Shown here: one piece after another, positions 23,588 to 31,180 of the stretch
How positions within the stretch are numbered: the stretch's first letter is position 1
Layout: every line of letters begins with the position of its first letter
Assembly (NCBI RefSeq): GCF_035285525.1
Contig: NZ_JAYKGW010000092.1
Location: 1-32,000 of the forward strand
From: Okeania sp.
Lineage (GTDB): Bacteria; Cyanobacteriota; Cyanobacteriia; Cyanobacteriales; Microcoleaceae
DNA length: 32,000 bases
Direction of reading: 5' to 3'
Translations under genes and position numbers: made by a program
The notes under the pieces: model-generated
What the model was told of the DNA's origin: nothing
What the model saw: the letters and a program-made list of their open reading frames with translations, nothing else
Databases searched by the model: none

Positions 23588-23621
23588 TAGGGGTTTGATA
23601 TCCAAACCCCTACATTTTTTT
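23588..23621 (+). terminator. Intrinsic terminator-like hairpin with no annotated gene upstream
   Basis: TAGGGGTTTG atatc CAAACCCCTA (10-bp stem), then CA and a T7 run (23615-21). It lies ~155 nt downstream of the DUF4351 remnant and ~165 nt upstream of the MscS start. Confidence 0.5.
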
Positions 23622-23785
23622 CTCACGAATGATTTTATATTTCTGTAATATTTAAACATTTAGCCGTTGACTATTAGCGAAAAAGCCGATCTAGCTCATC
23701 AAATGTGAAGCTTTATTAATTTTTGGGAAAACCCGCCCCTAAAAATTTAGTATTAATACATTTCATTCAATAGCATTTTTTAACT

Positions 23786-25864
23786 ATGAATATGTGGCAT
23801 AAACATTTGTGGCTAAAGTTGCAAAAAATAGCAAAATATGAACCAGTAACAGTAAGTTACCTGAGAATAACACATAGTTCCTTAGATTTTCCTAGAAGCA
23901 GAAGAATCCCAACCAGGCAAATTTTCAAAATATTAATCATTGCTAGTTTAATAATATCTTTACTATTTTTCATAGTACCAACCTGGGCGCAAAGCAATGA
24001 TAATTTAGAAACAGCTCCAGTAGAATTAAATGGTAAAGAATTGTTTGAAGTAGCAGGTCATAATGGAACAAATTTGACTGCTATGGAACGAGCTGCAAAT
24101 ATTAGTTCCAAATTAGAAAATTTCTCCAGTTCAGGTAAACCTATAAGCATAAATATAGATCGAGAAAATAAACAGTTTATTCTGCGTATTAATAATGACT
24201 ATCTAGTAACTATAACTGCTGGAGACGTGAAAGAAGGAATAAACACAGAAGAGCAAGCAGCTATCTGGAAATATAAAATTGAACAAGCTTTTAAATTTGT
24301 CAAAAAAGAGAGTCAGCCTCGCAATATCTTCATAATATTATTAATCAGTATTTGTTTGATTTTGGCAGCCTTCGCCCTAGAACTTTTTTTAAAATGGTTT
24401 GAGTTTCAAATTAATCATATTTGTGAGCAAAAATATCCTCAATTTGTCAAATTTTTACCAAAATTTTTACCAATTATTGGGGTTTCTATCAGAGTAATAG
24501 TAGGCATAGGAATCACTCTTTATATCACTTATATAATACCATTTACTCGTGGCTATCGCGAAGAACTATTACGAATTTTGTCTGATAGTTTTACTTCTCC
24601 TATTTTTAATTTAGGCAACAAAGGTCTTTCTATTATTGATGTGGTGTTTTTAACTGCATTAACTATTGGAATGTGGAAAGGAGTTGGGTACTTTATTGAG
24701 ATATTTAGAACTAAAATTATTAGTTTAACAGGAGCAGAACGAAGTGTTCAAGATACAATTAGTTTTTTAACTAGATATGGATTGATTTTTCTAGGCATAA
24801 TAATTATCCTACAACTTTGGGGTGTAGATATTAGTTCTTTAGCTATTATTGCTAGTGTTCTTGGTGTAGGTATTGGTTTTGGTTTCCAGAATATTGCTAA
24901 TAATTTTATGAGTGGTATTATTATAATTTTTGAGCGACCAATTCAAGTGGGTGATTTTATTGAAGTAGGAAGTTTAGTTGGTGTTGTTGATAAAATAGGT
25001 TTGCGTAGCACTCACATTACAACTTTAGATAAAATTTCTTTGATTGTTCCTAATTCTCGATTTCTAGAAAATGAGGTTTTAAATTGGAGTCATGGCAACC
25101 CTATTTCTCGGATAAAAGTACCAGTAGGAGTTGCTTATGGTTCTAATATTAAGTTAGTGAGAAAAGCTATTTTAGAAGTAGCAAAAAGTCATCCAGAAGT
25201 TTTATTACATCCCTCTCCTCAACTTTGGTTTCAAGAATTTGGTGATAGTTCTCTGAATTTTGATTTATTAGTTTGGACGAGAGAACCCAAGAAACAATAT
25301 CAACTCAAAAGTGAGTTAAATTATCGCATCGAAGCTAGTCTACGAAAATATAATATTGAGATTCCTTTTCCTCAAAGAGATTTGCATTTAAAGTCTCCTG
25401 AAATTCAACAAATGATTGATACTTGGATGCAGAAAAATGCTCCTCCTGAAGTAGAAATTTGTTATCCGGAAAATGTTCGATTTAATTTAAGAAATAATGT
25501 TTATAAGTCACATATAGGAGCAGGAAAAGAAAATCATACTAAAGTATTAATTAAAGATGATATTAACCATCAAGAAGTAAAGACAAATGAAGATATAGAT
25601 ATATATAAATTAGTTGCAGAAATGCGTAGTCCAAATGGAATATCAATTAAAGAACGTCAACATCGGTGGGATGTTTACTCTAAATGTTTTGTGGGTTCTG
25701 AAGCTGTAGATTGGTTAATTAAAACTCAAAAAATGAATTTGAATGAAGCAATTTCTATGGGTCAATTATTAATAGACCGTGGTTTAATTCATCATGTTAC
25801 TAATAAACATGGTTTTAAAAATGAGTATCTTTTCTATCGTTTTTATGAAGATGAACAATATTAA
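23786..25864 (+). CDS. Mechanosensitive ion channel (MscS family) with a C-terminal DEP domain
   Basis: The MscS pore and beta-domain core is GVDISSLAIIASVLGVGIGFGFQNIANNFMSGIIIIFERPIQVGDFIEVGSLVGVVDKIGLRSTHITTLDKISLIVPNSRFLENEVLNW. Several TM helices lie upstream. The last ~85 aa (nt ~25601-25861), IKERQHRWDVYSKCFVGSEAVDWLIKTQKMNLNEAISMGQLLIDRGLIHHVTNKHGFKNEYLFYRF, fits the DEP-domain consensus closely. Confidence 0.9.
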   Translation: MNMWHKHLWLKLQKIAKYEPVTVSYLRITHSSLDFPRSRRIPTRQIFKILIIASLIISLLFFIVPTWAQSNDNLETAPVELNGKELFEVAGHNGTNLTAMERAANISSKLENFSSSGKPISINIDRENKQFILRINNDYLVTITAGDVKEGINTEEQAAIWKYKIEQAFKFVKKESQPRNIFIILLISICLILAAFALELFLKWFEFQINHICEQKYPQFVKFLPKFLPIIGVSIRVIVGIGITLYITYIIPFTRGYREELLRILSDSFTSPIFNLGNKGLSIIDVVFLTALTIGMWKGVGYFIEIFRTKIISLTGAERSVQDTISFLTRYGLIFLGIIIILQLWGVDISSLAIIASVLGVGIGFGFQNIANNFMSGIIIIFERPIQVGDFIEVGSLVGVVDKIGLRSTHITTLDKISLIVPNSRFLENEVLNWSHGNPISRIKVPVGVAYGSNIKLVRKAILEVAKSHPEVLLHPSPQLWFQEFGDSSLNFDLLVWTREPKKQYQLKSELNYRIEASLRKYNIEIPFPQRDLHLKSPEIQQMIDTWMQKNAPPEVEICYPENVRFNLRNNVYKSHIGAGKENHTKVLIKDDINHQEVKTNEDIDIYKLVAEMRSPNGISIKERQHRWDVYSKCFVGSEAVDWLIKTQKMNLNEAISMGQLLIDRGLIHHVTNKHGFKNEYLFYRFYEDEQY

Positions 25865-25907
25865 TAATTAATTATTAATTATTAGGGCTTCCTGATTTAA
25901 TCTGGGG

Positions 25908-25946
25908 TAGAAACCCGGGGTTTCTTTAAGAAACCGGGTTTCTTTG
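25908..25946 (+). terminator. Paired GAAACC(C)GG-GGTTTC hairpins downstream of the MscS gene (terminator-like; member of a dispersed repeat family)
   Basis: Two short GC-cored palindromes, tagaaacccggggtttctttaagaaaccgggtttctttg, each followed by TTT. They begin ~45 nt after the stop codon. Confidence 0.4.
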
Positions 25947-26393
25947 TCGTTTCCAACTAATCCGCATTAAACCCTGCGGCTATTTCAGTTATCAGTTATC
26001 AGCATAGAGTTAAGCGATCGCCACCATAAAAAAAACCGCTGTCTTACCAAAGAGGTTTCCAAAAGCTATTGCTATTTATTCGTAAAGTTTATTTATACCG
26101 ATTTAGGAATTTCTCATTCTAATCCTAATCTGACAAAATTTCAACCCAAAATCAACATTTTTCCTCAGAAAACATTAGCCATCAAATCAATATAACTTTT
26201 TATCATATCAAATATCCAATAGAAATATCCAAAAATCACCTATTACCCACTGCCTACTCCCTACTAATAAGTTTAACTTAACGTTATTATTCAAAATAAA
26301 TATTTACAATTTCTGCCAAAACTCTTTACAAAGGTTTACAAAATTTAGTAAGATGAAAAAAAACAAAGGTAAGTATTTGTTCTCATTGTTATC

Positions 26394-28076
26394 ATGGCTA
26401 CTCAATTTCCCTGGCTAACAACCATAGTGCTTCTGCCTCTTCTGGCAGCCCTAATCATACCCCTCATACCCGATAAAAACGGAAAAACCATGAGATGGTA
26501 TGCTCTAGGAGTAGGTGTTACAGACTTTGCTTTAATGTGCTACACGTTCTGGAACCACTACAATGCTAGCGACTCTGGTTTTCAACTCGTAGAAAAATAT
26601 GCTTGGCTCCCTCAAATAGGATTAAGTTGGGCAGTCTCAGTAGATGGTTTATCTATGCCACTGGTGCTTCTAGCTGGCCTAGTCACAACACTTTCAATGT
26701 TCGCAGCGTGGCAAGTAGACTATAAACCACGTCTTTTTTATTTCCTAATGTTGGTCTTATACTCCGCCCAAGTAGGGGTGTTTGTAGCTCAAGATCTAAT
26801 GTTACTCTTCATCATGTGGGAACTAGAATTAGTTCCTGTTTACCTACTCATATCAATTTGGGGTGGTCAAAAGCGTCGGTACGCTGCAACTAAATTCTTG
26901 CTCTACACAGCAGCCGCATCTATATTTATTCTCGTGGCAGCTTTGGGAATGGCCTTATACGGTGGTGGCGATATTACCTTTGACATAGTGGAACTGGGTC
27001 TGAAAGATTATCCACTAGCTTTTGAACTTTTAATGTACGCAGGATTACTAATTACATTCGGTGTTAAGTTAGCCGTATTCCCTCTACACACATGGCTACC
27101 TGATGCCCACGGCGAAGCTTCTGCACCTGTGTCGATGATTTTAGCTGGTGTTTTGTTGAAAATGGGTGGATATGGATTAATTCGCCTCAACTTAGAAATG
27201 CTATCTGATGCTCATGTTTACTTCGCTCCAGTTTTAGCAATTTTGGGTGTAGTAAATATTGTATACGGTGGGTTAAATTCTTTTGGTCAATCTAACATGA
27301 AGCGCCGTTTGGCTTACTCTTCTGTTGCTCACATGGGTTTTGTGTTATTAGGTATTGCTTCTTTTACTGACTTAGGAGTAAGTGGAGCTTTACTACAAAT
27401 GATTTCTCACGGATTAATAGCAGCAGTATTATTCTTCCTTGCAGGTATAACTTACGACCGTCTCCACACTTTAGCATTAGACGAAATGGGTGGTCTTGGT
27501 CAAGTAATGCCAAAAGTATTTGCTCTATTTACTGTCAGTGCCATGGCATCTTTAGCTCTTCCTGGAATGAGTGGTTTTGCTAGCGAACTAATGGTATTTG
27601 TGGGCATGACTAGCAGCGATGTTTACAGCTCCACATTCCGCACAGTGACAGTATTTTTAGCAGCAGTTGGTCTGATATTGACTCCAATATATCTACTCTC
27701 AATGTTGCGTCAAATGTTTTATAGCACTGGTCATGCACCAGCTTGTTTACTGAAGGATACTCCTTACGAGAATGAGATTTTAGATGAGGCAGTTTGTTTC
27801 GGTACTAGCTGTGTGATACCTGCAAAAGCTGTTTATACCGATGCCAGACCAAGAGAAGTAGCGATCGCTGCTTGTTTCCTAGTATTGATTATCGGTATTG
27901 GTTTATATCCGAAGATAGCAACTAATATGTATGATGCCAAGACTGTAGCAGTAAATACTCAAGTAAGAGAGTCATACACATTTGCCAAAGCTAATCCTCA
28001 ATTGTTTGCTAAAAGAGCTTTATTCCCCAGGATTCCTGAGTCTGAAGTATTATCAGTTTCTGGTGTGATTAAATAA
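26394..28076 (+). CDS. ndhD: NAD(P)H-quinone oxidoreductase (NDH-1) subunit 4, NdhD (D1/D2-type)
   Basis: The N-terminus [35 protein letters not shown] resembles plastid and cyanobacterial NdhD. It has antiporter-like conserved stretches ([46 protein letters not shown]) and is a 560-aa polytopic membrane protein. A candidate promoter is TTTACA 26325-30 with TAAGAT 26349-54. Confidence 0.93.
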   Translation: MATQFPWLTTIVLLPLLAALIIPLIPDKNGKTMRWYALGVGVTDFALMCYTFWNHYNASDSGFQLVEKYAWLPQIGLSWAVSVDGLSMPLVLLAGLVTTLSMFAAWQVDYKPRLFYFLMLVLYSAQVGVFVAQDLMLLFIMWELELVPVYLLISIWGGQKRRYAATKFLLYTAAASIFILVAALGMALYGGGDITFDIVELGLKDYPLAFELLMYAGLLITFGVKLAVFPLHTWLPDAHGEASAPVSMILAGVLLKMGGYGLIRLNLEMLSDAHVYFAPVLAILGVVNIVYGGLNSFGQSNMKRRLAYSSVAHMGFVLLGIASFTDLGVSGALLQMISHGLIAAVLFFLAGITYDRLHTLALDEMGGLGQVMPKVFALFTVSAMASLALPGMSGFASELMVFVGMTSSDVYSSTFRTVTVFLAAVGLILTPIYLLSMLRQMFYSTGHAPACLLKDTPYENEILDEAVCFGTSCVIPAKAVYTDARPREVAIAACFLVLIIGIGLYPKIATNMYDAKTVAVNTQVRESYTFAKANPQLFAKRALFPRIPESEVLSVSGVIK

Positions 28077-28079
28077 TTT

Positions 28080-28472
28080 AGGACCTACGCAAAGGTACTA
28101 CATAAGGAGTATTAGTGCCTTACGAAGTAGGGTAACGCACCCTACTCGACCGCTTCATCTAAAATGGTGCAATAGGTAGGGGCGGGTTTGATCAGAAATT
28201 TTCATCTCTTTCTAGGATTTACATAAACCCGCCCCTGAGACGTTGGCTTACATCACTGGGGGCGGGTTTATCTAGTTTACTAAGAAAGCTCGTTAACTCA
28301 CTTGTAAAACCCGCCCCTACTGCATTGTTTCATCTTAATGGTGTAATAGGAAGTTGGCCTGAGATTGCTTTCGGTCCGGAATGCTACGCAAACACATTCC
28401 TTCGCAATGACAAGTCTAATGCACTATTTTAGGTGAAATAGTCCACTACCAATAGCGTTTATGCGTAAGTAC
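28080..28472. mobile_element. ~390-bp composite MITE of the AGGAyyTACGCA TIR family carrying two nested GGGGCGGGTTT...AAACCCGCCCC hairpin repeats
   Basis: The ends aggacctacgca (28080-) and tgcgtaagtac (-28472) and the subterminal sequence match the 2767-2887 element in reverse orientation (acttacgcataaacgctattggtag / acttatgcatgaacgctattggtag). The nested hairpins are at 28178-28236 and 28258-28320. Confidence 0.6.
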
Positions 28473-28544
28473 GTATAATTAATAATTGATAATGAATAAT
28501 TAATAATTAAGCTTTATTGCATTTATTATTAATAGTAGGGACGT

Positions 28545-28572
28545 TTCATAGAACGTCCCTACTTTAGTTTAT
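28545..28572. repeat. GTAGGGACGTT tcatag AACGTCCCTAC palindromic repeat
   Basis: A perfect 11-bp inverted repeat of the same family as 4055-4110 and 30333-30360. Confidence 0.75.
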
Positions 28573-28632
28573 GGACAGGTGTTATAAGAATAGAACTTAC
28601 CTTGTAGAAGCAAATATAAACAGGAGTTAGTT

Positions 28633-28947
28633 ATGACAATTTTGGTAAATCAATCTGGTGGCCAAGTTCAGCATATTCATGGTTCTGTCGATTCAGAGGG
28701 CAATAAAATGTGGGGTGAAGGTTTTAATTGCCGTAGATTAAGTAAAGGTGCTTATTTAATAGAGTTCGACATCCCATTTGTGGGTCAACCAACAGTTGTA
28801 TGTACAATTAAAGGAGACCCTCAATCTACCTTTAACATATCAGTTGGAATTGTAGAAACTGATATCTCGAAATTTGTCTGCTTCACTTCAGCACCAGATC
28901 AGGTTGTAGATTGTGGTTTCTCGTTTATTGTTTTTGGTGATGCATAA
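28633..28947 (+). CDS. Hypothetical protein, 104 aa
   Basis: A good Shine-Dalgarno-like caggag lies 7 nt upstream of the ATG, and the composition looks compact and globular. The pattern GAYLIEFDIPFVGQPTVVCTI...GFSFIVFG is faintly reminiscent of H-type-lectin-like beta sandwiches, but I cannot assign a family. Confidence 0.6.
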   Translation: MTILVNQSGGQVQHIHGSVDSEGNKMWGEGFNCRRLSKGAYLIEFDIPFVGQPTVVCTIKGDPQSTFNISVGIVETDISKFVCFTSAPDQVVDCGFSFIVFGDA

Positions 28948-29389
28948 AGAGGCAAAAAAATGAAATTACCATTATAAAAAAGATGATAAATTTTAGAACA
29001 TTATCAGCAAAACAGAGAATGGCAAGAATTACAAACCTGAGATTAATTAGGGCTTACTGATTAAATATCCCTCGCATTTAGAGATAAAGGTTTGAGCAAT
29101 TTTAGGTGTTCAAAAAGTACCAGCTTTTTGCTTGATGGCGGGGAAAAAGTGAGAATTTTTGGGTCATTATGACAGAAAAACTAAGGGTAGATTATGAATG
29201 ACCACCTTTTCTAGAACTCCGGTCAATCTTAACTCTTAACTACTCCCTACCTTAACAAAAAAACTTTTACGGTTCCCGATAAATCAGCAAACCCTAATGA
29301 GGTTAAGTAATCATAATTTACCTAAACTACGCAAAGAAAAGCTATGCTAAAATAATATAATTGTATAATCAAAAAAAACAATTTCAGTC

Positions 29390-29449
29390 GATAGTTTTTT
29401 AACTAAAGAACAAATCTATGATAGCTTTTTAACTAGAAAACAAATCTAT
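29390..29449 (+). promoter_or_regulatory. Two tandem 30-bp direct repeats upstream of the antitoxin gene (candidate operator)
   Basis: gatagttttttaactaaagaacaaatctat (29390-29419) and gatagctttttaactagaaaacaaatctat (29420-29449), 26/30 identical. They sit between a TATAAT hexamer (29364-29369) and ATG 29480. Confidence 0.4.
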
Positions 29450-29479
29450 TTTTATTGACTATTATATCCTTGAAAAAAA

Positions 29480-29734
29480 ATGAAAGCCATTGAAGCAACA
29501 GGAATTATTGATGAAAAAGGGCAATTATTCCTGGACCAACCTATTGAAAATTCAGTCCCAGTCAAAGTGCGAGTTATCTTACTTTTTACCGAAATAACAG
29601 CAGAAATTCAACCCGAGTTTGATGATACTTCTGTTGCAGAAATAAAAGCTAGTCTCACAAGAGCATTGCAAGAAGCAAAATCTGGACAAACTAGACCAGT
29701 TTCTCAATTATGGGAGAGAATAGATGCAGAATGA
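29480..29734 (+). CDS. Putative type II antitoxin (partner of the RelE/ParE-family toxin)
   Basis: An 84-aa ORF overlapping the downstream toxin gene by 11 nt (ATGCAGAATGA). The N-terminal MKAIEATGIIDEKGQLFLDQPI...VKVRVILL and C-terminal SLTRALQEAKSGQTRPVSQLWERIDAE resemble small cyanobacterial antitoxins paired with RelE-like toxins. Confidence 0.6.
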   Translation: MKAIEATGIIDEKGQLFLDQPIENSVPVKVRVILLFTEITAEIQPEFDDTSVAEIKASLTRALQEAKSGQTRPVSQLWERIDAE

Positions 29735-30080
29735 AGCCAACCCAGTTTATATCATATTCTCAGATGAATTTGAGGAAAGATTGTATAGATTATCAAAAAA
29801 ATATCGACACGTCCGCTCCGATATTCAACCTATTATTGAAGAAATACAAACAGGTAATTTTCTTGGGGATTGCTTTAGCGGAATAGGTGAAGAACTTTTC
29901 ATCTTTAAAGTAAGAGTTCAAAATAGCAACATTCAAATAGGGGAAAGTGATGGTTATCGACTTATCTATCAAGTTGAGTCAGACACTAGGGTGCTTTTAC
30001 TAACAATTTACTCTAAAACGGGACTAGAAGATATTAGTTCTAATGAAATTCGCAGTATCTTAGCTGAGTTTTATGTTTGA
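29724..30080 (+). CDS. RelE/ParE superfamily type II toxin
   Basis: 118 aa. The C-terminal signature GYRLIYQVESDTRVLLLTIYSKTGLEDISSNEIRSIL is typical of RelE/ParE (Gp49/HigB-like) toxins, and the gene is translationally coupled to the small upstream gene. Confidence 0.75.
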   Translation: MQNEANPVYIIFSDEFEERLYRLSKKYRHVRSDIQPIIEEIQTGNFLGDCFSGIGEELFIFKVRVQNSNIQIGESDGYRLIYQVESDTRVLLLTIYSKTGLEDISSNEIRSILAEFYV

Positions 30081-30332
30081 GAGGAGTCATATCATGTCCG
30101 GTTGAGGCGAGGATGGGGAGGAAGAGTCTTGTCTACAGTCCTCACTCATAGTGTATTTTTAAATAGGGTTGGCGTATGGAAATATGAAAGCATTGACATA
30201 CTAATAGTTTTAGGAACTTTAGGTGGGGAAAAAGTACCAGCTTTTAGGTCAAAAAGGTACGGTTCCCGAAAAATCAAAAAGTTAGCAATCAACACCTCAC
30301 CCTTAACAAAAAAATTAAGAGACAATTCTTCT

Positions 30333-30360
30333 GTAGGGACGTTCCATGGAACGTCCCTAC
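30333..30360. repeat. GTAGGGACGTT ccatgg AACGTCCCTAC palindromic repeat
   Basis: A perfect 11-bp arm palindrome. It overlaps the 5' extension of ORF 30346-30933, which argues for the downstream start at 30394. Confidence 0.75.
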
Positions 30361-30393
30361 TCCTCTATAAGTCCCATTCTTACTACATTTTAT

Positions 30394-30933
30394 ATGAAAA
30401 AATTTTCTTTCTTACTTCTACCTTTTTTATTATTTGCCACTCCTTCTTTAGGTATTGAGACAAGAGATGGTAAGGTTTATTTTGCTCAACCACCTCGTTT
30501 GGTTAAAGCGGTAACTACCCGAAGCGAAACTTATGTCTGGGGTGCTACTTATTATTTTACTCTCAATTTATTGCCTGATGCTGGAGTACCACTCAAACAG
30601 GTGACTATTAGTAACAATGATAGTCTTGGGGATATTCGATATAACCCAAGAGAAATAATTGCCTTTGAAGGAAATCATCGAAAAAATGGTGAACAGTTGA
30701 ATATTGAGGATGTTGTAATAGACAGGAAAACTAATAGTGTCTCTGTAATTTTCAATCCTCCAATACCTCCAGGGAAAACTTTTACTATTGGTTTGCGTCC
30801 AGTACGGACTCCTGGATATGGGGGGGTGTATTTATTTGGTGTGACTGCTTTTCCTGTGGGAGAAAAATCTTATCCTTATTTTCTTGGGTATGGTAGACTT
30901 CATTTTTATAGTGGTTATGATCATTATGATTAA
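30394..30933 (+). CDS. DUF2808-like cyanobacterial secreted protein
   Basis: The start at ATG 30394 gives MKKFSFLLLPFLLFATPSLG, a signal peptide. The body (YFAQPPRLVKAVTT...YYFTLNL.PDAGVPLKQVTIS...IAFEG...VSVIFNPPIPPGKTFTIGLRPVRTPGYGGVYLFGVTAFPVGEK...FLGYGRLHFY) matches my recollection of the DUF2808 family. Confidence 0.65.
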   Translation: MKKFSFLLLPFLLFATPSLGIETRDGKVYFAQPPRLVKAVTTRSETYVWGATYYFTLNLLPDAGVPLKQVTISNNDSLGDIRYNPREIIAFEGNHRKNGEQLNIEDVVIDRKTNSVSVIFNPPIPPGKTFTIGLRPVRTPGYGGVYLFGVTAFPVGEKSYPYFLGYGRLHFYSGYDHYD

Positions 30934-30943
30934 TCAAATTAAT

Positions 30944-31072
30944 AGGACTTACGCAAAATAACGTACTTCTGTCATTGCGCTGACAGCGTTTTGCTCCGGG
31001 ACATGTTTGCGGAGCATGACATTAGGAAAGCAATCTCAAACCTTGAAACTGCCTTCTTAATGCGTAAGTCTT
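30944..31072. mobile_element. 129-bp MITE of the AGGACTTACGCA TIR family
   Basis: The ends are aggacttacgca (30944-) and tgcgtaagtctt (-31072). The interior (gcgttttgctccgggacatgtttgcggagcatgac...aaagcaatctcaaacc) is related to the interior of the 28080-28472 element. Confidence 0.6.
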
Positions 31073-31087
31073 GATAGAAAGATTGTG

Positions 31088-31165
31088 GTTGGGTTTCGTT
31101 CCTCCACCCAACCTACACTTATTACTCAATGTTGGGTTTCGTCCCTCTACCCAACCTACACTTAT
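31088..31165. repeat. Two tandem copies of a ~43-bp GTTGGGTTTCGTyCCTCyACCCAACCTACACTTAT repeat
   Basis: The copies are at 31088-31122 and 31131-31165, each an internal palindrome (GTTGGGT...ACCCAAC). They sit directly downstream of the ftsH stop on the opposite-strand reading and may serve as its terminator. An inverted copy lies at 20069-20097. Confidence 0.75.
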
Positions 31166-31180
31166 CACTTCCCAAACTTC

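Noticed and set aside
30346-30393. Upstream ATG (30346) as the start of the DUF2808-like protein
   Set aside because: The extra 16 codons are encoded by the palindromic repeat at 30333-30360. The ATG at 30394 gives a clean signal peptide (MKKFSFLLLPFLLFATPSLG).
30102-30458. 118-aa plus-strand ORF between the toxin gene and the DUF2808-like gene
   Set aside because: It starts at a TTG, spans dispersed repeat blocks and the GTAGGGACGTT palindrome, and overlaps the signal-peptide region of the better-supported downstream gene in another frame. Its composition is not protein-like.
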